Below are positions 13,734-24,760 of a DNA stretch of 64,000 bases, one piece after another (within the stretch, counting starts at the first letter, position 1; each line of letters begins with the position of its first letter). Origin of the DNA: Lama guanicoe. Taxonomy: Eukaryota. The notes under the pieces were generated by a model that was not told the DNA's origin, searched no databases, and saw nothing but the letters and a program-made list of their open reading frames with translations. The stretch spans positions 3,247,371 through 3,311,370 of the forward strand of contig MU054338.1 in NCBI GenBank assembly GCA_013239625.1, written 5' to 3'. Both the position numbers and the translations under genes were made by a program.

Positions 13734-14499
13734 TGCCGTTGCATCAGCAGGTGTTCGCCGACTTGGCGTTGTCTCTCGCAGGTCGCCTGGCGCCGTCTTT
13801 CAGGTGTGCTTGTGTGTGCAGGTGCCCGCGACCTGTGTGCGTTGTTTCCGGCCACGTGGCTGGCGTCTTCCCTGCTGCTCTGGCTGGGGAGTCGGCTCTC
13901 CTGGGCCGTCCACCTTGAAGCTTTGAAGCTCTGTCTCCACCTGGCTCTCTTCCCCTGGCATTACTCAGTTGAGAACCGGCTTTGAACCCAGAATCTGGCT
14001 CAGCATCAGAACTCCCTCCTGCCTTTCCCCCCATCTTGTCATGGACACATCTGTACAGAGCATCTAAGCTTGGTGCCGGGAGAGCCAGCTAGACAGCCCC
14101 TGATCGCAGGGCACACCTGGCCTATCACACACAAGTACCTTAGTCCACAGGGTGATTCCAGAAGGCAGACAGGGTGCAGTGAGAAGAGTGGCTGCAGCGG
14201 GGCCATCTGATATTCCAGGGGTGCCAGGGAAGGGTCCTCTGAGCAGGGAACTTGAGCCAAAGCATGAGTGACAAGAGCCAGGGGACAGACCTGTCGGGTG
14301 TTGTGACCTGCAAGTGTGGACACCTGGCGGCCAGGATCAGCCTGGGGCAGCTGGGCTGGGGGTGGGCGGCAAGTGGTCAAAAGGAAGACTGAGGGTCAGA
14401 AGGGACCTCTGGACCCCGTGAGCAGTCAGTCATCACGCCCGACTCCGTCCTGGGGGCAGTGTGGGGCAGGAGCACTTATCACCTGCCCGCTTTCTGCAG

Positions 14500-14646
14500 G
14501 ATTGCCTGGACAGATCCTTCAAGGCCCAGGTGTTCAGCTGCCCGGCCTGCCGCTATGACCTTGGCCGGAGCTACGCCATGCAGGTGAACCAGCCGCTGCA
14601 GGCGGCCCTCAACGCGCTCTTCCCGGGCTACGGCAACGGACGGTGA
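14500..14646 (+). CDS. UHRF1: UHRF1 last coding exon (RING C-terminal half, stop)
   Basis: [48 protein letters not shown] then TGA. Confidence 0.97.
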   Translation, partial: DCLDRSFKAQVFSCPACRYDLGRSYAMQVNQPLQAALNALFPGYGNGR

Positions 14647-15575
14647 TGCTCAAGCACTTCTCGCCGGGCGTTTTTAAAAAAACGTATCAGAGGGGTCTTT
14701 GGCCCCTGTTTTGTTTTTAGTGGGCTTAACTTAAACATGTAGTTTTTCCTCCACTCCCTAAAAAGCCTCGTCTTCCCGGTTTTGTTTTGTTTCGTTTTGT
14801 TTTAATCTATAAATTTTCAGGAATTTGTATTATGCCTCAAAGGAAGAAAGTTGGACTTCTCAATGTTTTTATCTTGGTTTTATAAAAAGTACAAAGCCTG
14901 CAATTTTATCAGCCAAAAAGGAAAACAAAGAACTCATATTTTTTTCTTCTGAGGATGGAATTAGAAACGACTTGGCGTGAAGGCTGCTGAAGTTGCCAGT
15001 GTCAAGGTCTTAGACGTTCCTGCCCCGCTGCTGCCTAGAACAATCTTCCCAAGGTTGGTGGGTTTGGCCCCGAAGGTGAAATTTTGTCGCCTAGAACCCA
15101 GCAAGGTGGTATCTGGCGGTGGCCCTGGGGGTGGTGTGGCCCCGCCAGGAAACTGGAAAAGCAGAGAAGGCCAGTCGGGACCCAGTTGAAACTCCCCTCC
15201 AAGCCATCCCCCGGCGCTCTGCTCCTGCGTCCCGGTCCCTACCGAGCGCACAGGCCCCCGGCCACCCGGGCTGAGAGTCGGGGCCACACCGAAGCTACCT
15301 CCACTAGACTCTCTGCTCCTCCATCTGGACGCCACGGAAGCAAACGCACGGGGCCACATTCAAGTGCCTTTGGTTCCTCCTTACTTTTCAGACGCGGGGC
15401 TCTTTTTCTTAGCACTGAATCGTCGACAATGCCAACCAGATTCTAAAACTGTGGTCTGCCAGCACCTTCCTGGGGGCCCTGGGGGTGTGAGTGGGGACCG
15501 TCTGAGTTTTGTCGATCCTTGAAATTGAATTTTCAACCCACCAATTGGGAATTACAAGAGGGACTTTTTTTTTTT

Positions 15576-15581
15576 AATAAA
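15576..15581 (+). terminator. Candidate proximal polyadenylation signal of UHRF1
   Basis: AATAAA with T-rich flanks. Confidence 0.45.
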
Positions 15582-15912
15582 CACTTTTTTGAAATGAAAT
15601 TTTTTTGTAGTTACTGTATATGTACCAAGAAATCTAATAACTTAGGGTTTGGTTGTATTTTTGAGGGGGGGAGTTTTGTATTTTTTGGAATTTGTTAATT
15701 TTCTTAACTTTACCAAAGTTTGCAGCTTATACCTCAACAGAACAGGGATATTTTAAATCACACAACTGCAGGCAGACAGGAACAATACTGTTTTAAAGGT
15801 GTCTCTTTCCCCTCGTTCTTAGGTTGTTAATGTATTAGGAAGAAACCGCAAAATCCTGTGTAGGCTTTTTCTAAGAAGTTCAATATTTTCTGTCCAGATT
15901 TTAGATTCTCAG

Positions 15913-15918
15913 AATAAA
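15913..15918 (+). terminator. Distal (probably main) polyadenylation signal of UHRF1
   Basis: AATAAA, CA at about 15929, downstream TTTGGTTGTGTCTTCTGTTTG. Confidence 0.8.
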
Positions 15919-16029
15919 TGCCTTTTACAGATGGATTTGGTTGTGTCTTCTGTTTGCAAATCGCTCTGTAACCTACTCTATTACTAGTAGGCTGCTGCTG
16001 CTACTGGCCGTTTCTACAGCTATTCATTC

Positions 16030-16130
16030 ATTTTCTCTTCACAAAAACTGTAGGAAACAGGCTAGGCAGGTAGCATCATCCCCAGTTTGCAGATGAGAAA
16101 ACTGAGGCCCAAGAGGTCAAAGTGACATGC
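16030..16130. mobile_element. MIR SINE fragment
   Basis: Core motif CCCAGTTTGCAGATGAGAAAACTGAGGCCCA. Confidence 0.7.
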
Positions 16131-17159
16131 GGGGGGTCTAACCTTTGTCCTTTCCCAGGGTCAGCGACCTACAGCAGAGGGGCTGAACCGGACCTTCCAG
16201 CTTGGAACCAGAGGTCACTGTCACCAAGGTGGGCGGCACTGTCCCCATTAACATTTGAAAAAAAGTCAGGCTGTGGTGGTCCCCCACTGGGAGACTGGCT
16301 CTGCCACCAGTGGGCATCAGCAGCCTGTCTCATCATCCAGGGAGCTGCTTGACCCTGGGGGGCTCCCTGCAGGGGGGTGGGGATGGGGGTACATGGGGTG
16401 ATGGGGACTGATGACCTGAAATGCTATTTCCAGTAGCAGTCAGAGGCCAAGGATGAGGCAAGTTGGAAAATAAACTCCAGGGAAGGTAATCATGCCGAAT
16501 TCTGCAGACGCAATTCTTTACCCCTGGTTACTGGTGCCTTTTATTGATGGTTAGGTAATGATGTGGGCAGATCTGATTTAATAAACAACAAAGTTCGGTG
16601 TGTTTTGGACCTTCAGATGTGTCAGGTGTATCCTTGAAAACATTATGCTAAGGGGAAGAGGGCAGTCACAAAGGATCATATATTATGTGACCTCATGAAA
16701 TGCCACACACAGGTATCTCTAGGGACAAAGATCAGTAATGCTTAGGGCTGGGGAGGGGGAGGGGAATGAGCTAAAGGGTGCAGGGTTCCTTTTGGGGGTG
16801 ATGAAAACGTTTGAAATTTGGTGGTGGTTGGTGATTGTACACTTCGGGGGAATTGTACAATAGACTATATACCTCAAAAAAAATACTGAGTTTGAACATG
16901 GAATAAAAATGGGGATAATTGCATAGATGCCCAGCTATGAGGAGCAATCTCCATAAATGTCCCCAGGCAGGCCCTACACAGGGGCAGGACACATGAGGGG
17001 TCTTCATTGTTGAGATAGTGGAGTTTAACTTTTCACATAAAAGTTAAGAATGATGTCATTGTTAAACATTAGCCAAACCCAGAAAAATATGTGTATGTGA
17101 CCCTGTTATGCAGAAATAATCACAATATAACTATATTAATTTCCTGGTAGACTTGGTAG

Positions 17160-17700
17160 CTTTTTTTATAACACTTATTGAGGTATATTGCACATGCTGT
17201 AACACCCATTTAAAGTATACAGTTCGGGACAGGAGGGTATATAGCTCAGAGGTGGAGTGAGTGTTTAGCATGCACAAAGTGCTGGGTTCAATCTCCAATA
17301 CCTCCATCAAAAAGAAATAGGAATTATATAAAAATAAAATATATAAAAGATACATGAAAAAGTGTACAGTTCAGTGGTTTTTACTACATTAACACAGTTG
17401 TGCAATCATCAATTATCTAGTTCCAGAGTTTAATCATCTCCAAAATAAGCCTGGTCCCCATTAGTAGTCACTTCTCACCTCTCCTTCAGCCCCTGGCAAC
17501 CATTCATCCACTTTCTGTCTCTGGATTTGCCTGTTCCTAGCCATTTCATATAAATAAATTCATATAGCACATGGTCTTTTGTGTCTGGTTCTCTAACTGA
17601 TCATGAAGCTTTCAAGGTTCATCCGCGTTGTAGGGAGTGTCAGGTCTTCACTCCTTTTCTTGGCTGAGTAATATTCCACAGGGTGGATGGACTACCTTTT
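17160..17700 (-). mobile_element. Old L1 3' end interrupted by a SINE
   Basis: CCCCTGGCAACCA, TGGATTTGCCTGTTC, TCAAGGTTCATCC motifs. Confidence 0.7.
17226..17358 (+). mobile_element. tRNA-derived SINE (Vic-1-like) nested in an old L1
   Basis: TAGCTCAG...GGTTCAATC boxes; TSD AAAGT(A/G)TACAGTTC at 17212-17225 and 17359-17372. Confidence 0.85.
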
Positions 17701-17924
17701 CAAACCTACCTGCTTGATTTTTTTTTAATATAAAACTTTTTTCCTTCTCTCCTTCCACCCCATGTTATAAAATGGATCCATAATCTCCTTAGAACATCTG
17801 GAGGCTGGAAAGAAAAAGCCAAAACAAATAATCCTGTCCCCCAGAGGAGCAACATTTTCAGGCTTTATTTGTACATGTGTGTTGATACTGCAGTATTCAA
17901 CCTCAGAACAACACTGTGATAGAG

Positions 17925-18386
17925 GTTTTATTTATTTTTATTTATAGTGTATAATCAGTTTATAGTGTGTCAATTTCTGGTATGTAGTATCATGTTTCAG
18001 TCATACACATACATATATTCCTTTTCACATTTGTTTTCATTATAGGTTACTACAAGATACTTAATATAGTTCCTTGTGCTGTACAGTAGATTTTTGTTGT
18101 TTATTTTATATACAGTAGTTAGTATATCTGCAAAGTTCAAACTCCCAATTTATCCCTTCCCACCCTGGTAACCGTAAGTTTGTTTTGTATATGAGTCTTT
18201 CTATCTTGTAAGTAAGTTCCTTTGTGTCTTTTTAGATTAAACATCTAAGTGATATCATATGGTATCTTTTTTTCTCGTTCTGGCTTCACTTAGAATGACG
18301 ATCTCCAGGCCCATCCATGTTGCAGCAAATGCCATTATTTTATTCTTTTTTTTCTGGCTGAGTAATATATATCTCACAACTTCTTT
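17925..18386 (-). mobile_element. Younger 5'-truncated L1
   Basis: T-rich tail then L1 3' UTR/ORF2-end motifs; TSD ACTGTGATAGAG at 17913-17924 and 18387-18398. Confidence 0.8.
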
Positions 18387-19210
18387 ACTGTGATAGAGTT
18401 TTGACTCACAGCCATTTGCAGTTGAGAAACTGAGGCATTAGACACACTCAGTGGCTTAACTTGAGGACATGCCAAAGCCAGGGTAAATCTACATTTATGT
18501 ACACTTTTCCATATGTTTATTTCATATGCAAATTTAAAGAACATTAGGATAGTGGTGTCTTTACTGTCCTGGGCCTGTTTTTCTTCATTTATGGGGTAGT
18601 TGCTTTGTCTACCATCTTGGTAAACAACCACCTGAGCTGTGGGCCGGTATACGCATATTTACATGTCTGTGCTCATAAAAGTGAATATATTGCACTTGTG
18701 TATCTAGCCATATATGCTTGGCGTGAGATGGAGTATTAGAATTCTTCTCCCAAATATATTTCTAAAAATTTTATTTTTAGGGACTTTTCCCTCCCTCACT
18801 CTCTTATGCATCAGACTAGCCCATCAGCGGGAGCTGGAGGGAGGTTTTTGTCAAGCAGGGGATGTTTCTCAGCTCCACACCTTGCCCATCCTGGGAAGGT
18901 AAAGGCCAGTTAGAAATGAGCCGGCCTTGGGTCATCTGAAGGCCAGTGCCAGAGGTCCTCCTGGCCTTATTTAGGGAGAGATGCCGGTGATTCCCAGCCC
19001 CAGCCCTTTGTGAAGTCTGCACCTGTCTGCAGAGACTTGAAAACCAGGACGATTAAGGGAGTTTTTCCCAAGAGAATTTGTCCATTTAAAAGTTCTGAGA
19101 ATGTGTCCTTCCTGCTTTGCATAGGACACCTTTTAATTAAATGACAGTGATTATAATTTTTCTCTCTTTTTTTCCCCCTCTTTTTAAAATTTTCATTTTC
19201 TTATTTTGGT

Positions 19211-19319
19211 GGGGGGAGGTAATCAGGTTGATTGATTGATTTTTAATGGAGGTACTGGGGACTGAACCCTGGACCTCTTCTGTGTGTGCTAGGCACACAC
19301 TGTACCAGGCCCTCCCCCT
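19211..19319 (-). mobile_element. tRNA-derived SINE (Vic-1-like), degenerate
   Basis: GGAGGTAATCAGGT tail and GGAGGTACTGGGGACTGAACCC body. Confidence 0.8.
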
Positions 19320-20711
19320 AGTTTTGTTTTCTGACATTTTATTATGAAGACTTTCAAACAGAAACGTTGAAAGAACTGTATGGTGAACCCTTATATATCC
19401 TTACCGTCTGGATTCTACAATTGTTAAGTTTCTTAAAGCCAGCATTTAAAAAAGTCCCCCACTAAGCAAACTTGGAAAGCTGACAACCTATTTAGGTCCC
19501 CCAGTTAAAAAAAAATTTTCCCCCCATAGTCTGTGAAATCCAAATACCTGGAATTCACTGTTTTACAGGGTAAACTAGGGAGTAGGAAAAAAAGGCTCGG
19601 GGTGGGAAGATCCTTCATGATTGCACTCCTAACGCTGCATTCCTGCTCCCAGATTACATTTCTGTCTTTCCCACTGGTCAGGGAGTTCCTTGGGAGCAGA
19701 TGCTGTTTCCTATTTTTTAAGTCAAATTTTAATTGCACGAGGACTATCTGAATATGGCCCATGAGGATGTAAAACAGCCTAGAACAAATTCAAGTCTTTA
19801 CCAACTACCCTTTTTACCAACGTGGATCTCTCCCCCATCACCTCAGAGATTTAGCTTTCTCCGTTTGGGGATTGCCACAGGTGCGAGCTCTTAGAAACCA
19901 CACCACATCCGGTGCTGTGTGTTCGGTTCCATAACATATTCAGAATTCTGGAGCATTCTGGAGTTCTCCACGTGACTTGTAGAGGATCATTCCATAACAG
20001 TACATGTAGATCCACCTCCTTTGTAATTGCTACATAGTTAAAAGTATTCTAGAGTATCCCGCTGCTACAAGCTACTAATCTAATCTATCCATGGATATTT
20101 AGAGCTAAACATTGGACACAATTGTGTACAGCAGCTCCGGAGACTTTCTCCTGCAGGTAACCTCCAGGAACAGCAGATGTACAGTGTAGATACACTTACC
20201 ACGTCGTTAGAAAACGTCCAATGGCCCGATTTACACACTTGCCCTCGAATTGGGTGTGTGCCCACCCTACTGCCTGAAGTGCAGTGTGGCGGGCAATTAA
20301 TAATCTTTTTGTTGATAATGGTAAACCTTAATTAAATGCTCACTTGGCGAAGTCACAGGGGCAAACGCTTTATGGACCTCCTCCCACTTGATTCCTGCAA
20401 ACTTCCCAGGAGAGGGGCAGACAATGAGGGGTTGTATCATCGTCAAATCCACTTCACGGGGAAACTGAGGCCCAGCGAGGTTACTTTCCTGGAGGCCAAC
20501 CACAGTGAGGCGTGTGGGCCCAGCTGAGCTTCGAACCTATGTCAGGAGGCACCAACTCCTCGCCTCCCTTACGTTTTACGGAACTCGGAGGTCACCTAAC
20601 TTTATCCGAAAGACTTTATGCCTTTGCAAAGTTTTGTCGATTGTGATGGAAATGAACTTGGTTTTTTTGGGGGGGGAGGCAGGGATGCTTGCTACTTGAT
20701 TTTAATTTCTT

Positions 20712-20776
20712 TTTATTTTTTAACATTTTTTATTGATTTATAATCATTTTACAATGTTGTGTCAAATTCCAGTGTG
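20712..20776 (-). mobile_element. Extremely 5'-truncated retroelement (probable L1 3' tip)
   Basis: T-rich tail, reverse-strand AATAAA, perfect 17-nt TSD CTTGATTTTAATTTCTT at 20695-20711 and 20777-20793. Confidence 0.75.
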
Positions 20777-20859
20777 CTTGATTTTAATTTCTTCAGTTCT
20801 CAGTCCTCCTCCTTTGCAAATTAAGTTTTGTTGGAAACCTATTTCCTAACACTGGACTT

Positions 20860-21880
20860 CGCAAATTGGAGAACGCTGCGCCCCAATTCCGGCTCTGGGT
20901 CTCGAACTCCTTCTTCGCTCCTCCCCGGCGCGATGCTGAAGTTGTGCTGGGTCTCACGTACTCAGAAGCCGCCTGATAACCGGGGCGGGGCCCGGGCCGT
21001 GATTGGCATCCGCCCCAGCCAGTCCGCTCCTGGGGCTGACCCCGTGAGCCAATAGTCTCTTGCCCCCTTGCGGTCGTTGGGCGGTCCCCGAGGCGCCCTT
21101 GTCAATCCGAGACCCAGCGCCGTCGGGTTGGTGGAGGACTCTTGGCTGGCGTGCGCAGCCTGCAATGAGAACTGAGCCGGTCACCAGGCACGTGGGTGGG
21201 CACCGGCGTGTCCCGGCCCGCCGGCCAATGGCGAAGCGAGGCCGTCCCCTGCGCCCGCCCAATCGAGGAGCGCGGGGGGCGGGCCGTGAGGTGTTGATGG
21301 GGCCGGCGGAGGGGAGGGGCGGAGCTGTCAGCGGCAGCCAATGGGTGCACGGGCGTGGGCTCGGGGGCCAATGGCAGCCGGGGCGGAGCTGGCGCGCAGC
21401 CCTATAAGCCCCGCCCGGGGCGCTCGCGGAGGGCTCGGCCGCCAGCGACCGAGCGGGGCCCGGCCCGAGCGGGGCCTCGGGGTGCGACGCCGAGGGCGGG
21501 GGAGCGCGCGCCGCTGCTTCGGACCGGGCCGCGCGCGCCGCCTCAGGTGGGCCCGCGGGGAGACGGCTGCCGCGTCCGAGCGCGGGCCCCGCCGCCGCCG
21601 CCACCAGGCCTCTGGCGCGGCCTGCTCGGGCCGCGGCCGCAGCGCTTTGTCCCGGCCAGCGAGGCGGTTGGGGGCGTTAACCGCCCGGCCCCGGGCTCCC
21701 GCCGGGCCTCGGGCGGGGGCGGCGCGGCCGGACAATGGCGGGGCCGGGGGCGGGAGGCGGGGGCGGCCTGCCCGGGCCAGGGGCGCGCGGGGGCTGGGTC
21801 GGGGCGTCCCCGCCGGCTCCGCACAAAAGATGACAGCGTGGGTGGCCCGGCCCGGCTGGCCCTGCCTGGCGGGGCCCTCC
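20860..21880. promoter_or_regulatory. KDM4B: CpG island / KDM4B promoter
   Basis: Very high GC and CpG density; CCAAT boxes at 21002 (reverse), 21049, 21225, 21259, 21338, 21368; GC boxes; TATAA at 21403-21407. Confidence 0.92.
21430..21546 (+). other. KDM4B: KDM4B non-coding exon 1 (start approximate)
   Basis: Starts about 27 nt after TATAA; ends at CTCAG|gtgggc; resembles the human KDM4B 5' UTR as recalled. Confidence 0.8.
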
Positions 21881-23231
21881 TCTTCTACTGTTCATAACAA
21901 TCCTAATAATTAAAAAAAATAATAGAGAGAGATCCCAGGCCCTGGATGAAACCCGCCTGCATTTTCGGCCCTTTGGGCACCGGTGGGGTTAACGGGGCGC
22001 TTCCCAGTGGTGTCTCCCGAAATGCCCGTCATTGCATCCCCCCTGCTCCAGTCAACCTGCCTGGCCATCTCGGCTTCCAAACTCTCCCCCAATTTCCCTG
22101 AGTCCCCCTAGAATAATCACGCAGTCTGGATTTTTTATTTTAAAAAATGTATCCAGTTGCTTGCACATCGCAGCCTCCAGACGTGTACCCCCGTACCTTC
22201 CCCTCCATCCGATCGCCATCTCGAAACTCCCCTTCTCTGTAGAAATAAATCGTGGAGTTGCTCCCGCAGAGCCCCCTGGGACTGTCCCATCGGACCTTGT
22301 AGGAGCTGGGGGACAGATTCATTCTGAAAGGGACCTGCCCCAGATCTATAAGGGCCTGGGTCTCCACCCAGTGGGCGCAATGACACCAGGTGGAAGGGGT
22401 TGCAGGTCCACTGGGCCACGGTGGAGGGTTTTACAGGGGATTTTTTTCCCCCTGGGGGCGAGGGAGACCTGGACTGCACCTTAGTGTGTCCCATCTGTTT
22501 GGTTGGAGGAGGATGGTTTTGTTTTAATAATTCAGGTGCACCTGGGGAACTGTTTCCTGAGTTATGAAACTAGTGAGAAGGTGGTTCTGTTCAGTGGAGC
22601 CCAACGATCCCGTAATATGCAGACTGCCTTTTTCCATGTGTTTCTGTTAGTGGTAGTTACTCCGCCAGCTCCTTTGAGTCCCAGTGGGTGCTGGCACTGT
22701 CTTAGGGTCTGAGGATAACTGCCCCACCCCTCTTCCTCCACAGCCATTTGTGTGGCTGTCCCATGGCTGGAGAAAGCCCCTAAAATGGGCTCATTACATG
22801 ATTCCTGTGGGCTTTCCTTGCTGCCGTGCAAGGGCTGATGATTCCCTTAATTCTCAAATAATAGCTGCCTTATGAGGCATTGGGGTTTGTCAACTCACCG
22901 GTCAGCCTTTTCTCGCCACTCTTGCAAAAGCAGTGGGCAGCCCCTGTCATCTTTGCCGTTTGCTTTTTGAAACCCCGAAGGACTGAGCGTAGAAAGTCTG
23001 AAGTCAACTTGTGATTATCTGGGTGGAGGGTTTCTGAAACTCGCTGGCCCTCTTTCCGTGTTTCTGATTGGATGCTTGGCAAATCTCGGTGCTCCCCATT
23101 TGTGCCGGGGGCACCGCCACGGTCAGATTGCCCTGCCCTGAGGGAGGTCACCACTGGGAGCAGAGCGGAGGTGCAGTTGCATAAATGCCCCCAGGTTTTG
23201 CAGTGATTCTAGCAGATACCGGGTCACGCGC

Positions 23232-23309
23232 CGCATATGCATGTGTGCATGTGCACGTGTGCCCGTGTGTGCCCGTGTGTGCCCGTGTGTGTGTGTGTGT
23301 GTGTGTGTG
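23232..23309 (+). repeat. Compound RY / (GCCCGTGTGT)n / (TG)n microsatellite
   Basis: Read directly from the sequence. Confidence 0.9.
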
Positions 23310-24574
23310 GTTTTTGAGAGGAAATGTATGCAGGTCTTAGTAGCAATTGATCTTACATTTTCTAATCCTTGGCACTTTGGGGAGTGGGCTACTAAGGAGA
23401 TGTTAAATACTAGAGCTTAAATGTATGATCGGTCATGCACGACCCCGCCCCGCCTTTGTTGTATTTTTCTGTCTTCTAGAAGAGACCCTTCCCCTGTCCC
23501 TTTGGGGCACTGGGGCCCTCCATGCCCCCTCCCACCCTGGCCGTTCAGCTATACTTGACCCCTTATTTCTCCGCCTCCTCTGCGGGTTTCTGGCCCCTGC
23601 TCTCCTGTGCCCCGCCTCTTCCCCTGCGGGCTGGTGCCTCAGCCCTGGGGAGCCCATCTGTTCCTTGGTTCCATCTGACACTCACCTGGCCTGGGAACGT
23701 GGGGTTTTGAGCCCTGGGGCATGTTGTGGGGAGTCCCTAACTTCAGGGGGCTTTGGGTCTAGTGGGGGAAGGGGAGAGACGGGTGTCCCGAGGTGTGGGC
23801 ACGGTGGTGAGGAGCCCACAGCCCTCGGGGGCCCAGCTCAGGGAGTGGGCAGGACTGGCTGAGAGTGGTGACAAAGGCGTGGGCAGACTCAGCTCTCTTC
23901 CTGGGATCTGGAAGTCTGGTGGCCAGGTTCAGGGCTGTGTGACCTTGGGCCAGTCACTTGCTGAAGAGCAAAGCCAAGGAAGGGGGGTGGTGTCACTAAA
24001 CCTTCCCAAGCCTGCTGGGCAGCGGTGGGGGGGAGAAGAGAAAATGAAATGCTGGCAGACTACACAACTGCCAGGGCCCTGCAGAGCCGTGAGGTCAGGA
24101 GCCAGCCTCTCAATCAGCAGTGGCGTGGCAGCGGGACTCCTGGCTGTGCTCCAAAGACCTGCCCCCGGGCTTCTTGATTGGGCCTCCCTGCCCTGGCTCT
24201 TACCCTTGCCCCTCCCTGGTGCCTCCGCTTCTGGCTGAGGACACTGGACGGCAGAGGAGGGGGCTGCATCTGACCCTGGATTTCATTCTGACCAGTGTTC
24301 TTGGCGGTGGCCCTGGACTCCTGTCCTCTCCGTTCCCCACAGTCTGAAAGGCCTGGGTTCAAATACCTTGTCTGGGGCAGGTCCCTTCATGATTCTGGGC
24401 CTCCCTTTCTTGTCTGTAAAATGGGTATAATAAGAGCCACCCTCCGTCATTGAGGGGATCAAAGGGGATGGAAGTCACTGAAGTGCTTCAGGTGGCGCCA
24501 GGGTGGCCTGCTCCCAGGGCTGACTTGTTCCTGCTGGGAAGCTGCCTGCCTCTGGCCGGGCCCCTCCCGGCTCT

Positions 24575-24760
24575 GTCCCCTCCACATTCAGGGCTGGGTC
24601 TTTCTCTAGGGGTGGCTGTCCCAGGCAGGTTAGGGTATTGAGCAGCATCCCTGGCCCCACCCCCTTGATGCCAGGAGCATCTCCCCCAGCTGTGACAATT
24701 GTAGTGTCCCCAGTCATCGCCCACTATCCCCTGAGGTGTGACGGTTGCCCCCAGGTGACA
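24575..24760 (-). mobile_element. MER20-like DNA transposon fragment
   Basis: AGCAGCATCCCTGGCCCCACCCC...GATGCCAG...GTGACAA. Confidence 0.6.

Larger units (their letters stand above)
14647..15935 (+). other. UHRF1: UHRF1 3' UTR (end approximate)
   Basis: Follows the stop codon; U-rich, repeat-free, ends at AATAAA followed by GU-rich sequence. Confidence 0.8.

Noticed and set aside
20954..21913. Long overlapping ORFs (135-216 aa) on both strands
   Set aside because: Low-complexity Arg/Gly/Pro/Ala products of a stop-poor CpG island; no recognisable domain.
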